The translations under genes and the position numbers were made by a program. DNA of 63,973 bases, the filler included, from Asterionella formosa (lineage: Eukaryota): assembly GCA_002256025.1 (NCBI GenBank). It is 22 parts of 22 records of this genome, joined end to end, with 100 filler letters (N's around TTAATTAATTAA, not from the genome) between each part and the next. Parts side by side here need not be neighbours in the genome. Positions count along the whole stretch, not along the records: positions 35,047 to 37,863 come from NKIB01014787.1; positions 37,964 to 40,778 come from NKIB01014789.1; positions 40,879 to 43,691 come from NKIB01014790.1; positions 43,792 to 46,602 come from NKIB01014791.1; positions 46,703 to 49,511 come from NKIB01014793.1; 17 more parts are not named here. One strand, 5' to 3'. The notes beneath the pieces were generated by a model. It had not been told where the DNA came from. It was given only the letters and a program-made list of their open reading frames with translations, and did not search any database. Below are positions 36,057 to 49,611 of the stretch, in pieces (the stretch's first letter is position 1; every line of letters starts with the position of its first letter).

Positions 36057-36899
36057 TGGACTTCGAAATCTCAACAGCACAGCAAAAGGACAGTGATCAG
36101 AATTCCCGTGAACTGATGCCACAATATTTTCAGATTCAAGTCCAAACCAAGCTAGTTTCCACATTATTCTCAGGGAGATAATCTCTGCAAGAAACTGATG
36201 TTATCCACAACACAACCATAGTACAACCACAGCACAACAAAATAGTTCGACTCCCACTCGAAGGAGTGTATCCACCCTTCTCCCCGCGTTTCAGCGCCCA
36301 AAGTCACCACTTTTGTTGGGTTGATACTGGGTTGGTAAGTAATTTAGAACACCAAGGCTGGCAACGCCAGGAAGCGTTACCAGTAAATGAGGTTACTCAT
36401 GCTATGATACCTGTGCTATGACAATGCAATAGTATCATTTAAAAAAAATTATTAGCGGAAATTATGTAAAGGTCAATGAATGACAATATCGCAATCAATA
36501 GCAATAAACCCTCTTCAATTCTAATTGCCTCATACTAGAAACCAAACGTAACTTTGAGAAAATTAGCTTTTCCTGTATCGGTTCTCTCAAGGAACCTGTA
36601 AATAGCCTTGTATAATTGGAGTGCACTGATGAGTGAGGCTTTGATGAGAAGTTCATGGACTCTGATTTTCACATATGCATTTCTTGTCATGGTTCATTTT
36701 TCTATGGTATCTTTAGTTGGTCATTTCGGTCCAGCTAAGTATGAATTAGGTACAGGTATTCAACATTAGACCTCTTTTTTAGGCGATTAGAAATTTTGAT
36801 GTTAAAAAGGTGCAATAATTACCCCTGACTAACATATTGTACAATTTCGGACACTTTTGTACAAAAATTGAATTCTTTTACAGATGCCTCGGACATTAG

Positions 36900-37455
36900 G
36901 GCAGTGTAGCCTTCCATTTCGAAATGGGTCATTCAGCTAACTGATCCCTAGGATCTCTAGCATCATGAGAGGTGACATTGGTAATTCCAAAGGTGAGGTC
37001 ATTTAATGATGCAATGTAGACAAGTAGGACCGCAGAAATGAGCTGGTGGGCGGCAGAGTGCCCTGTCGACGCTGTGATAGTGTCGAAAAATCATTGACCC
37101 GCCAGATGAAGGCGATTGGCTTCAGTGATCTGGGCCTTAGTGAAAAGAGCCTCTGGATAAAAGGGGGCAGCTGCAGACGCAACAGGAAGGAGGGACATGA
37201 AAGGATTATCAGCAGAGTCAGGTACTAGTAGGCCTCTGGGGAAAATGGTGAGGGCAAGGTGGCCACATTGGCCACTACCCACATAAGAATACAAGGAAGT
37301 CGCCTTGGAGTTGACCCGTCTTTATGCTGTCTCCAGAGAAAGATAGGTGGTAGGTGATGAAGTAAGACAGGTGAGAGAAGTCAGTACTGTGGTGGGGAAG
37401 TTGGTAGAGCTCTGATTTGGCGGTCAGTGCCCTGATGAGCGGCGAAGAATGCCAT
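36900..37455 (-). pseudogene. Decayed diatom-type Copia gag N-terminus
   Basis: Minus-strand fragments GSGQCGHLALTI...TKAQITEANRLH...HQLISAV...LND..FGITNVT resemble, from recollection, the GGxxGHLGL / AQIxExxRxH / QLIxAV pattern of diatom CoDi Gag. Confidence 0.55.
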
Positions 37456-40400
37456 TAAGTAGTTCGATTGATGAACTTAAAAACTTAAACAAAATTGTGA
37501 AGAAAAATGATGAACTATATAATTTATGAGTGGCTGGACTTGCAAGTAGCTACTAGTTTGCGTAATTAGGTTCTGGGTCATTTGGCAGAGGAAGTACCAC
37601 CCAGATGATGCCAATAGTTTTATCAACAATTTATACCAGTTATGTAACGACCCTGACGGAATCTTGTTCTCTGGTGGTCAAGCAAACTCCCAATCTTATT
37701 TCGATTGGGGGTTTTGAGATTGGGGGGTTTCGGATTGGGGGAATGAGTTTCACCTCAAAATAGTCCAAATTTAGTTCAAGGGGAAAACATTTTGAAAATG
37801 ATCATACCATGAATGGAATCAACAAGATAGCTGGCACTGTCTGAGTTGGCCAGCATATCAATTNNNNNNNNNNNNNNNNNNNNNNNNNNNNNNNNNNNNN
37901 NNNNNNNTTAATTAATTAANNNNNNNNNNNNNNNNNNNNNNNNNNNNNNNNNNNNNNNNNNNNTGTAAAAATGAGTTACCTTTTGGTGTGCCGCTGCACT
38001 GGTGCTTGAGACACAATGTCCGATATGGTTACTTAGTAAATAGCTCGAATAATACAGATATTCTCACCGGCATATGCCGACATGTTGAAATCATTGCTTA
38101 TTTACCGTAGTTTCTTCATTCGTCACTGGGAGTACTACCGCATGCATTTATTGCCCCCGGCATGTCCAATGAGTGACGATTTCGTATATGTACACAATAT
38201 GATCATCATCCGGTATGTCATACCAAGGAGGGCTTTAGTACCCACGTTTCTTAAATGCCTTATGTAGCTAAAATAGCAATGTCCTCATTTCATGCAATCT
38301 TCAGTCTGATCCATTCTATCCAACGCATATTCATCGAAACGACATTTTTATACTGACATAAATGCAAGTTCCTACAGACCTCGTAGTGGCTGGAGGAACC
38401 TCGACGACATACCGAGGATTGTACTCGGACCGCCTACCTACGCACTTCACCCCTACATAAATATTCAACTTTAGTCACGAACTCCCGACACTGTGAATGT
38501 ATGCTATGAAATATATACCGGTATCCTAGCATACAATCAGCAGTGAATGTCCATACGAATTGTACCTGGTACCTGTTTGACGGTAGATTACCGGTAGATC
38601 ACCCCGATCATATGGTATTTATACGCTATATACTGAAACAAAAGAGCTCGTTACTTTTCTGTAGATGGGAACTCTCAGATGTGAGCTCGGAAGTCGGAAT
38701 CTTTCCGGACACCGATAGGCTGAATGCAGTCTAATAGGGGTCAGTCTAGTCTGTCGATCCATTGCCCCTTGTTCAATTCATCACATATTTCTTTTCTAGA
38801 AAATGAATCTATATGCAGGTTCCTTGGAGATATGCATGACAATATGTTTGTTGGTTAAAAAAATTCAGATACATGAGAAGGCTGCCTGCCAAAATTATCT
38901 TAGAAATATCTACTATCCAGGCTGGCATGTTACACAATTCGGCCAGCACCTCAATATCCTGATCACTTTCATGATGTAAGGAAATCAATTGAAGCATGGA
39001 ATAAAAATATGGAGAAAACATTTTTAAGTCAGGACACATTCTAGTATGTTTAGAAGAATCACTGTCTACATGGAAAAACATGCATACCTGCTGGCTGTCT
39101 GGCTGTCTTGGATTCATGTTGTTTGTTTGGTTGCTTCATTGGTACTAAGCATGCCTTTATAGGTGGATGGTTCGATTCCTGCATTCTACACCTGTCTTCC
39201 TTTTCATGTAGTCCCTACTAGAGTTCCTCAGGTGCGGCTAATGAATTAAAAAGACAGGTCCCTTTCTGTTGCACCATATGGATGAATAAAACCGGTACTG
39301 GTGGTCCCTGTGCACCAGTGCCTAAAATCACCACATTTGTTGGGATGATCCTATTTTGGTAAGTAAGTACATGAACATCAGAGCTGGCAGCATCAGGAAG
39401 CGCTAAACGGTCTACCCTCCTACCAGATGAGTAGTCTTAAAGCGTTTACTAAAAGTAAAGGTAAATCTGTTTTAAGGAATAAGTTATCAACAAGGTTTTT
39501 ATATTAGACTTCAAATGGAGCCTGAAATCAGCATTATGAGCTGGAAAGCAAAATCTCTCTGGAATATTGCACAAATTTCTCCAACATCAAAACATTACAA
39601 AAAGAAATGACCGACTATCATTGTCAATCCTTGACCTTGGAATGCTAAAGGACCACCATGTGTACTCCAACACAAAGGAGTATATACTCATACACATTGA
39701 AAGAATGCAAAATGACAAAAAAAATTTGATCTAGCTAATCATTGGCCAATCACAGCAACTTTTGAGTTCATGAAATAGCAATGCTTCATTTCTGTGGCTT
39801 CTTTTCAACCAATGCAATCTTGTCTTACTATTCTAATGATTCAATCCCACATAGACTCTGTTAAAAGTTTTGTACTCCTTCCCGCATGCCGGTATCTTTT
39901 TACGTAGAACTTACCTGTTGTAGTACTAGTACTAAAACCTATCATTCCTAGCCTTCTTGCTAGTTTTCGCTTTTGATCTTTCTCTGTCATTTTATATTAA
40001 TAACCTTACTCTAAAAACCTAGTTTCAATCCCATTGTTGCTTCATCACACTTTGAGAACCTGTTCTTTGTGTTCCATTTTATTTTATGCAAACCCTCTCC
40101 TGATTGATCTGAAACATCAATCTCATTAGCTAGTTTCTTGACAACAGGGAAATGCTCCATTTGATTCATTGGACTATGATCAAGTCCACAATTCTCGTGA
40201 CTCATAATAGCCATTGATACTATAGATTCTTGACAAGACTCCACATTGAATAAATTTTCGAGACACTACAAATAAAGCAGATGGTCAATTTGTATATAAC
40301 CTTGCCTCTTCATCACACAGACAAACACAAACACACTGACACACACACACACACACATGTTTGGAAGACACTCAAAAATGGGTTCACTCAACCTTTGCAG

Positions 40401-41046
40401 TTTCACTGACAAATTCTTACCTTGAATCTCAGTAAAGATTGGAGCGTTTTCAGAATTTTTTGTATTTTCTTGAAAAGATATTCAAGAAATTCAAGTATTG
40501 TGTCACAGTGATTATTGTTCCTAAATGAAAATAATAGAGGCAGATAATGTGGATTTTCAGTACTAAGAAAACAGAGGGCAACTATCTGTTGGCTTTGTAA
40601 AATAAAAATGACAGCATTTTCAATATCCTGCAGTATAGTAAGTAATTGTTAAATATTACTCCGCATGAGGGTTTCAGTATTATAGGCACTAGGTCTAGAA
40701 TGGGATTGGAGGCAGCCATGAGTGAATTTTCCTTTGGCATGTATTGTGTCTACATAATGTAACCAAACATGTTACATCNNNNNNNNNNNNNNNNNNNNNN
40801 NNNNNNNNNNNNNNNNNNNNNNTTAATTAATTAANNNNNNNNNNNNNNNNNNNNNNNNNNNNNNNNNNNNNNNNNNNNTGCTGCTGACTGTCCTCCAAGA
40901 ACTTGTTATCCTTCCTTGCACCCTTTGATCATCTTGTGATGGGTGCGGTAGTCACTTAACACATCATCAGCATCATCACTAGACTGATCGTATGTTCCAT
41001 TGTGTCGTACAGTTACTTTTCCCTGATCATCAGCGCATGTAGGAGT

Positions 41047-42348
41047 ATGACAATTTCATTTGTCGTCATCGCCGGTGCACTTGTTGTTGCGCCAGCCCAA
41101 GGTGTGCTGGGGTTTGTCGGACTACCATCGCGCAGAAAACTACTGAACTTGCGAGCGTCCTCGCCAGAGCTTTCCGATGACGAAGGCGACGAGCTGATTC
41201 AAAGAATGACCAAGAACTTTTTCGGGTCCAACCCGCCTCTCAATCCTTTCGAAAGAGTCAACCGACCGAATAAATTGGATGTCTATGATGTGTCGGAACT
41301 ACAGACTTTGTGGAATATTCACGAACGAAACAAACAGGTTTTTAAAGCCGAGCAAGATGTGCAATCTATAGATGGAACAAATGTTCTCTCGATGCATGGC
41401 CTGATTCTGCAATCACTTGGTGAGACGCTGGCAGAAAACACTGAACCCGCTTCCATACTTTTGGATTGGATGGACGATAACACAAAACAAAAAATTGCCA
41501 ATGTGCGAGCCATTGCTTCGGATGTTGACGGCACGCTCTTGACATCCAAAATGACCTTACATCCTCGCACCAAACAAGCTATTCAAAGATCATTAGCGGC
41601 GGCTAGATCGCCCCTTCAACCGATACAATGGTTTTTCCCAGCCACTGGCAAGAGCCGAAAGGGTGCACTTGATAGTTTAGGCCCTGAAATAGGGGCTTTG
41701 CTTGCAACCGCACCGGGCGTATTTCTTCAGGGCCTTTACTGTGTCGACGAAAAGGGCCAAATCGTCTTTGAACAACGACTTCCGGCAACGGCAGTCGATG
41801 AAGTGGAACGCCTTGTTGCTGAATTAGAGTTTTCGATGGTAGCATACGATGGGGATGATTTGTATACTACTCAAGTCACAGCATCGGTCCGAGAGCTTCA
41901 TGAGCTCTATGGTGAACCAATGCCCGTCCTCTTGTCTGGTGCTATATCTGATCATGCTCCTGGAGTGCACAAAATATTGTTAATGGATCCAGATCCAAAA
42001 AAACTCAACATGATCAGACCCAAGTTGGAAGCCTTGGCAGCGGCAAATAATGCATGCGTGACACAGGCAATACCAACAATGCTGGAGTTGCTACCACATG
42101 GTTGTTCCAAAGCATTGGGTGTCCGGAAACTATGCGAGAAACTTGGTATTGATATGGAAACACAGCTCCTTGCAATCGGCGACGCTGAAAATGATGTTCT
42201 GATGCTTCAACAGGCATCCATTGGTGTCGCAATGGGAAATGCGAGCCCAATTGCAAAGGAGGCTGCTGATTTTGTCATGGATGAAACTAATAATGATGGA
42301 GGTGCAGGGGCAGCTATCGAAGTGTTTGGATTCGGTCAGTTGCTTTAA
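41047..42348 (+). CDS. Cof-type HAD-superfamily hydrolase (class IIB), probably plastid-targeted
   Basis: Motif I ASDVDGTLL, motif II PATGK, SKALGV, motif IV AIGDAENDVLML...GVAMGNA; signal-like N-terminus ending VLG-F. Confidence 0.93.
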   Translation: MTISFVVIAGALVVAPAQGVLGFVGLPSRRKLLNLRASSPELSDDEGDELIQRMTKNFFGSNPPLNPFERVNRPNKLDVYDVSELQTLWNIHERNKQVFKAEQDVQSIDGTNVLSMHGLILQSLGETLAENTEPASILLDWMDDNTKQKIANVRAIASDVDGTLLTSKMTLHPRTKQAIQRSLAAARSPLQPIQWFFPATGKSRKGALDSLGPEIGALLATAPGVFLQGLYCVDEKGQIVFEQRLPATAVDEVERLVAELEFSMVAYDGDDLYTTQVTASVRELHELYGEPMPVLLSGAISDHAPGVHKILLMDPDPKKLNMIRPKLEALAAANNACVTQAIPTMLELLPHGCSKALGVRKLCEKLGIDMETQLLAIGDAENDVLMLQQASIGVAMGNASPIAKEAADFVMDETNNDGGAGAAIEVFGFGQLL

Positions 42349-42412
42349 CTTGCTACTTGTTATCGGGAGAAGCAAACAGTCTTTATTATCAACGTGTTGC
42401 GAATACACGGCA

Positions 42413-43582
42413 TTAGCTTTCATCCTCCTCCATCATACGTAGCTTGTCGACAACTTCATCCATTGCTGATCTCAAATTCAAAATAGTATCCATTGAGTTC
42501 TGGTTGTACTTGTAAAGACCGTAGAACAAATCAAAACTATCTGCGGTTGTGCTGTCCACAACTTTAAGCACAGACTCGAACCCCTTCGTGTCAATAGGTG
42601 TTTTGGCGAGCCCCTGAGCACCAAGAATTCTTCCCATTAAGTGCGTGACAAACTGAGAGTTGGCAGCATAAGCATCGTGCTCGTGACAGGTCATCGGGAT
42701 CATGCGACAGCCTTCTTCCTCCCAGATGGATAGGAATCGCTCCATTCTGTCCATGCCTTCGACATGAAAGGTACTGTCCTTGTCGGCTCCTTTTGGGGTA
42801 GAACCAGGATCAAGAACCACATTGTCGATTCTCGTCTTCTCGTATACAAAGTTTAGTCCGAACCAGCTATCCTTTCCAGAGTCTGGTCCAAACATTGGGT
42901 GTGTGCACAGAATGTCACATTCAGGGGGCAGCAAATCCAACATCACTTGTCTTGCGTGCTCTTTGACACTCAAGACGTCCACAATAAGTGGTCCTTGAGC
43001 CCTGATATCTTTGGTCGACCTTATTGCTATATCCCGCTTGAGATGAGGAACCAGATCCTTCAACGTGTCTTCAAAGCTCAAAATTGAGACGGCCACAACA
43101 ATAACATCAAGACCTTGGGCCACGAATGCGCCTTGGTCTGAAAGGGGAATGTACTTGACTCCCATTCCATTCGCAATATCAGTATAATCCGATCGAGAGG
43201 TAACCACAACGTTGCCATATTTTTGAAACGAGCGAGCAATAAACTGGCCGAAGCGTCCAAAACCGACAACTCCAATCGTTAGCGGTCGCGACCGTATCGC
43301 AGAGAGCTTCTCAGTTCTGATTTCTGCCAGCATTTTGGACAGCTCAGCTTCCCGTTGCTTCAGTTCTTCTAGCCTTCCAGCAGATACCGGCTGCTCATTA
43401 CCATCGGATTCTGGCCGTGGAATGACTGGGAGTACCATGCTGCCTTCTGCCTTGCCAATCTTATTCGTGGGACAAGCGGCCGCATTTTCTGCCCTACTCA
43501 TGAAGGCGTTTCCACCGATAAAGATAAAAAAATCGAATAGAGCAAGCAGCAGCAAGAGTCGTGGAGGAGAACAAGATCTCAT
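42413..43582 (-). CDS. tyrA: Arogenate dehydrogenase (plant-type TyrA), plastid-targeted
   Basis: GFGRFG Rossmann motif, VDVLSVKE, ILCTHPMFGPDS, HDAYAANSQFVTH, TPIDTKGF, ADSFDLFYGL (Asp at the position linked to arogenate specificity in plant enzymes); signal ending GNA-F. Confidence 0.95.
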   Translation of the reverse strand: MRSCSPPRLLLLLALFDFFIFIGGNAFMSRAENAAACPTNKIGKAEGSMVLPVIPRPESDGNEQPVSAGRLEELKQREAELSKMLAEIRTEKLSAIRSRPLTIGVVGFGRFGQFIARSFQKYGNVVVTSRSDYTDIANGMGVKYIPLSDQGAFVAQGLDVIVVAVSILSFEDTLKDLVPHLKRDIAIRSTKDIRAQGPLIVDVLSVKEHARQVMLDLLPPECDILCTHPMFGPDSGKDSWFGLNFVYEKTRIDNVVLDPGSTPKGADKDSTFHVEGMDRMERFLSIWEEEGCRMIPMTCHEHDAYAANSQFVTHLMGRILGAQGLAKTPIDTKGFESVLKVVDSTTADSFDLFYGLYKYNQNSMDTILNLRSAMDEVVDKLRMMEEDES

Positions 43583-43882
43583 GTAATGGTAAACTATAAT
43601 GAATCAGGGGGTGCGGCAAAGTAGAATGTTTGACATTATCGTCAACATCAGCCATGGGACAAAAACGATTGGCTTTCCTTGCCAAGAAGATNNNNNNNNN
43701 NNNNNNNNNNNNNNNNNNNNNNNNNNNNNNNNNNNTTAATTAATTAANNNNNNNNNNNNNNNNNNNNNNNNNNNNNNNNNNNNNNNNNNNNTCAAACTTG
43801 GTTCTGATTTTGTATATGATAATGTAAATAGCACTGTTGGTTTTATGGTATCATATCTAGACAGCGTAAAATATTATATGTA

Positions 43883-46560
43883 GTGGCTGATGATTCATTT
43901 CATTGTAGCTTGCAACACCTGATTTTAAGATCACCGAACTTTAAGGAAGAGAACGACAGCAATTATCTAGTAGTACAAGCAATGTCTTGCGATTTTCCAA
44001 AGGAACCCAATCGGCGACAGGGAGTTAGTGGGGGTACTACCCCATCGTTGATGGGTACACCATCAGCTACTAGTACAAAGGATCCCGTAATTGATACTGA
44101 AAGCGATGATGACGTTTCTTTTTCAGTTGTTGATACAAGAAAAATGGCTCCTGTCGATGATGCCATTAATAACTCCCGGATGCAGATGGACCACATGGTA
44201 CCATATCATAAATTTTCTAATCGCACGGACCAACAAGTCCATGACAAACTGAGGGAACAACATTTTGCACTTGCCAAAGGATATTATCAATTGGTCAATG
44301 AACTCAATCACTATAAAGGTCGTAATTCGGTTCAAAACTCGTCCATACGAGGTTGTCAAGAATCTTCAATTTCAGCAGCCTTATCAGAACGTTGTTCCCG
44401 CTTAGCTAAAATTGAACCGATCCATCAATTGTAACAAAGGTTGTGAGTTTTATTTGCTTTCAAGACCAAGAAGTTTTGCTGTGAACATGTAAGTTTGAGG
44501 TTATAGTTCGCGAATTGCAGGTACTGTAAAAAAGAATGTCAATCCAATGTGCTTTTTTCTTGTCCCAAAAGAGAATCAAACATCCCGCCCTATCTGTCCA
44601 AGTAGTATGAAAGGCATTTCCAATCACAAACAGGATTGGTTTGTCCAATGTTGACCCGCCTAACTCGGCTATACACAGTGAAACCGGAGTTAGGCAAATA
44701 ATTGGAGAGTGACCCAGAACTTGCCGATTTCATATGGAATGGTTCTGATGCACTACTTCCGATGAATCAGACCATTGAACGTACCAACAAGGCATGTTTA
44801 GATTATATTAAATCAATATTTGGTGGCATGTGCATTAAAAGTTGAGAGAATGTCAGAATGTATTGAATAATCAATTTAAAGGAATCTTAGGTAAGCTCTT
44901 GCAGGGCGGGAGATGCTCTGAAAGCATGATGTTTTGAGTCGGTGATTATATTCTTATCAAATATGTTTGAATTAAAAATGCTAACATAGTTCATGACACA
45001 CCAGCTGGTCTAACAGAAAATAGCTAACTTCCAGACTATGGATATTGATGACTTTATTAGGTGGGCGTTCACGCTTTATCGTTTTGCGCAGTCAAAGGAC
45101 ATTGACAGGGGAAGCCAAGTATACCAAGTTTGGCGTGATGATCTTGCTCCAGTGTATTTTATCATTCGCTGTGTTTGCCCCCGCCCGTTTGGCAGCAATT
45201 CTACCATCGCAATCACGTTTTGTTGGTTCGCTGATTAATGCCAGTACAAAAGCCTTTTGCTTCTTGGTGGTGCTGAAAGGAAAATTCCGATGGCAACAAA
45301 AATATTTGGGTTTCAATCCAGATACGCAGGAAATTTCAGAGAATGATATTCGTCATTCTACTGATTTTGTCGACATTGGTGGGAAACCACTTATCAAAAA
45401 AAGTGTGAGGGAATAAAGTTCAGTGTCAAATGGTCTCACTGACCAATGGACTGATGATTTACTTGGTTATTATAAGGAAGTCTACAGTGGACTTTCACAA
45501 AAGAATCGATCTGAATATGGAAGGAGGAATCCTAGTGGAAATGCTACTTCCACAACAAATATCATCTACCCACACTCATAGTTCTCATTTTCCAATGTAA
45601 GGGAAAAGGATATGTATCAATATGTTGAACCACTTCAACCAAATTTTCCTGAGAAGAATATTGATTACAATGAACGCATTAATCAACGGGACATTGATGA
45701 CGACGTTGATTTTGAATGGATTTTTTCAACTTTTTGTCAATTTTGATGCATCCAGAAATTTGGCCAAAAGGTAGATGGTTATACAATCTGAAGGGAGCAA
45801 CATTTTCATTCAGTTGTTGGATCATGGATTTCACCTTGACAACATCATCGTTCTTGAAAGATGAATTGCAAGGAAGTCGTCCAAATACTTCGTTCAACAT
45901 TTTAAAATCTAAATACGAGGCAGCTCAAAATTTTGTCGATACAAAATGGAAGAACAGCTATTTCCAACTGAAACAGATCCTCACGAATGTTTGTCGTTGT
46001 CACTTGAAGCCAATCTGTTCCAAAATGAAAGTTTGTTGACTTGGTTGATGGGTCAGATGTAACAGATAACAAATCGTCTGTTCGATCAGTTGCTGTCCTA
46101 CCACCTGACGTTTTAAAACTTTCAGGACTCCGTCTCCAAACGGAATTGAGCCCGTTTGCCAAGAAATTTTGTTTTGCCATTCCTTTTTAGTTGCAATAGA
46201 GTTTCCAACACTTTCACAATTGTAAATGGTCCACATGACCATCCAATATCATCTTCTGATTAAAAAAACATGGAATCGTGTTTAGTGGCCATAATGATCT
46301 GCAATGGCGCCGTACTTTGGTGCCAGTATAGAAAGATTCCGAGAACCCAATTTCTTCAGGTATATGGTATTCTTGTGGAAGATATCCTGTATCGGTGCGA
46401 AACAATTACAATTGTCTGCAGCATCCAGGGATGATGCATTACTTACAGGCAAGGTGAAATACTTGATCATTATGTTGGATCACGGACTTGACATAATCCA
46501 TCATTTATAGCAAAAAGATAATGCACAAAATGGTTGTTTTCCTCCTCATCTGATCTTTTG
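43883..46560 (+). pseudogene. Long decayed coding-like region of unknown family
   Basis: Chain of short plus-strand ORF fragments broken by stops; no diagnostic motif recognised. Confidence 0.25.
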
Positions 46561-47148
46561 CAATACACAATTACCACATAGTTACTGTCATGATGAAGTG
46601 GANNNNNNNNNNNNNNNNNNNNNNNNNNNNNNNNNNNNNNNNNNNNTTAATTAATTAANNNNNNNNNNNNNNNNNNNNNNNNNNNNNNNNNNNNNNNNNN
46701 NNAATTGGATGGACTAGAAATGACAGTTGCTGACTAAACAGTGGCCTAACAACAATCACAAAGAAGCTTCCATCAGTGTTTCTTCAAGGGTTCCATCACA
46801 TCTTTTTCCAGGGAATTGGGTCATGGTAAGCATAGGAGTAGGCAAAGTCACTATTCTACTCATGGTGCTACATACTGATGCTCATCAATATATAGCACAA
46901 TGCCTAGGAGTTTGTTGGGTAGAGCATTATGATGCAATATCTTTGATGTGATACTCCATTAGCTGATCCTGTGGATGTGCAGTGTACTGGTTGTAGTCAT
47001 CCTGTAATACACTGCAGGAAGTGTTCAGTGGACAATGTACACGCTTGCAACCCTGCCTACTCATATAGTCTCCTGCAACACACGATAACATCATGTCACA
47101 TTGCATGCGTCAAATTCTGAGAAAGTAGACTCTACCAATGTTGAAACA

Positions 47149-48066
47149 CTAGAATTGAAGTTCATCATTTCTTCCATTATCAGTCAGGAAGATGAATGCA
47201 TTTTCAGAGAGCCATGTAATGAGCTCAAAGACAACTGGAAAAAGTTCTGTACCTTGGATTGCCGTGGCCTTGTCCAACATTGCTTGTATGAGACGATCCT
47301 CATCCAACTGTTCCAGTGACTGTATGAAAGAATTAGCATAGCCACATCCTTCTAACGCATCAGTTATCATCACATCGACAAATTCCAGCTCTAACAGTGT
47401 GCCCGGGGTTGGGTAGAGTGGTGGCAATATAACATTTAACAAAATTGTTGCCACCAGTATCTTCTTTTCGTCTGATGCTGGGCGGTGATCTTTTATGGTG
47501 AGCTGCAACGAAAACTCCAGAGGAGCCCGCTTGATTAAGGCAAATATGGCATCCTCGTCAACAAAGCCGCTTTCCTCAACAGTCTCAAGAGTCGCACGCA
47601 ATTCGTTCAGGTCGTCCGGCACGAGAAGCAACTCATCCATAAACACCGCTTCTAACACCATCAACTCGTCCAGCTGCAGTTTTAAGCATTCTGCAACCTT
47701 TGAATATTCTGAAGGGTCTTCACATTCCAGCAGTGAAGCTTCGTCCTTCTGCTCCCTCATGGTTCGCTGCAGTTGCTGTGCCAGATGAATCATGCGCGCA
47801 CAAGCCAATTCATGCGGCGTTCGTTCCGCTCTTTCTTCCACTTCCTCCTCCTCTTCATCACCCGGCTGTGGTGTTTGTTTTGCTTTGATTGATGCTTCCC
47901 GTTTCTGGCTTCGTTCGCCATGTGTATATACCTTTTTAGGCGCAAATTTGGTACCTCCTTGCATAGCCCATTTCGAAATCAGCTCTTTATGCGAGGGCTT
48001 CTTGGGCTTCGGCTTGGTCTTTGGCTTTGGCTTGGCCTTAGTCTGATGTTTAGAGTACGATGCCAT
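47149..48066 (-). CDS. RWD-domain-like protein with basic N-terminus
   Basis: QLDELMVLEAVF and LPPLYP resemble RWD helix 1 and the YP motif; C-terminal VVFELITWLSEN. Confidence 0.65.
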   Translation of the reverse strand: MASYSKHQTKAKPKPKTKPKPKKPSHKELISKWAMQGGTKFAPKKVYTHGERSQKREASIKAKQTPQPGDEEEEEVEERAERTPHELACARMIHLAQQLQRTMREQKDEASLLECEDPSEYSKVAECLKLQLDELMVLEAVFMDELLLVPDDLNELRATLETVEESGFVDEDAIFALIKRAPLEFSLQLTIKDHRPASDEKKILVATILLNVILPPLYPTPGTLLELEFVDVMITDALEGCGYANSFIQSLEQLDEDRLIQAMLDKATAIQGTELFPVVFELITWLSENAFIFLTDNGRNDELQF

Positions 48067-49611
48067 CCTGATGTCACCCGAGGACTCCGACGCTATACCA
48101 ACTCAGTCCTGTCGACGACAACTACAGAGTGATCATGCAACGTGTAACAGTGTGTACTATTTGATGAGGCATGTGATGGTAACACAGGAAACGAAAATAC
48201 CTTGTATTGGAATCCATTACCAGGGTACCGGTAGTCTACAAAGTGAAAAAGTAATCTACCCAAGACATGGTTGACTTTGTTTCCAATACAAGGTGAATAA
48301 GTAATCTACCAAGACCTCGTCGTATTGGCTAGCTTCGTCATTAGGGTTACGAATACGTGTTTTTGCCAATGCAAGGAAATAGGCTCTTTTTTCCACTACT
48401 GTACCTTCACCAATTGGGACTACTTAAATAATTTTACAATAAACAACTGGGGCTGACTGTTTCCTTTCCAATCACTCAACAATTCACTGATCTGTCAATT
48501 GCATCAAAAGGAGCACTGAGACAGAGATGGCATTTCTGAAACAATCCTGAAATGAACAGAGTCATGATGATAGGTGAGAAACAATGCACAGGCAAGTTTT
48601 TGTTATGTCCAAGAAAGTGGCAGGATCTACATGCCATGGCATAAAACAATCTCAATTCCCTAAACATGGGACCTTACCTATGATTGTGAGCATTCCCTGT
48701 TCAGCTGAAGATGAGTGAAAAAGTGAAAAAATGAATTCCACACATAATTGTTGAGGACAAGAAATAACTTGGAGGTATTATTTTTGTGGATGCCAACAAA
48801 TAGCATTGATTCAGTGATGATTTCCCAGTATACATGCTATACACAGCACTCAGTACAGAATGATTTCAGTGACAAGATATCATATGCCAGCCAGACAAAT
48901 AAAAATATTGAAAGTATACTCTAGAAACATTTGGAGTGAGCTAAAGAAGAATGGCAATGAAGGCAACTGTTTTCAAAAGACTGATGACCATGGGAGACCT
49001 TTTGCTTTGTGTTGGTCTGGTGGATGCCAAGATCTGTCTCCTTATGGAAGATTTTGCCATGAACAGACCAAGACTGCTGTCAAGGGAGGACCTAGCCATG
49101 CAAAGATTGCATCAACCAACCAAAGAAGATTTTGAGATTCGAAATTCCTTTTGATAATACAGCTCTAGATTCCACAATACCATGGCCTGGGCAGCAGATC
49201 AGTGAGTGGCAGTTGCACCTATAGTCATTCCAATCAATCAGTACCTTTGTGAAGAACACAGGGACACAAAGTTGATTGTAACAATCAGAATCCAAGGCAT
49301 ACCTCCGTTAGGGAATGATAAGGAGATTTTCCTATTTAAGAATATGAATGTTCAAGATTTCATGCTGATCTTGTCAATTCCAAAAGGGTTAATCCCTGAA
49401 GATTGATGTAGGAAGCTGCAAATACCGGTTGTCGATCCTAGCCTTGTATGGAACAACCGAATCACTTTCCACAATGTCAAGGGAGCAACAGTTGATTGTG
49501 CGGCTGTACAANNNNNNNNNNNNNNNNNNNNNNNNNNNNNNNNNNNNNNNNNNNNTTAATTAATTAANNNNNNNNNNNNNNNNNNNNNNNNNNNNNNNNN
49601 NNNNNNNNNNN

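Noticed and set aside
37964..40778. Possible decayed retroelement 5' region and scattered exons in contig 14
   Set aside because: Only vague resemblance (e.g. AYAGEN on the minus strand, isolated splice-donor-like sites); no coherent gene or element could be built.
41047..43582. HAD hydrolase + arogenate dehydrogenase as a functional cluster
   Set aside because: Convergent neighbours with a 64-bp gap are ordinary in compact algal genomes; no pathway link is evident.
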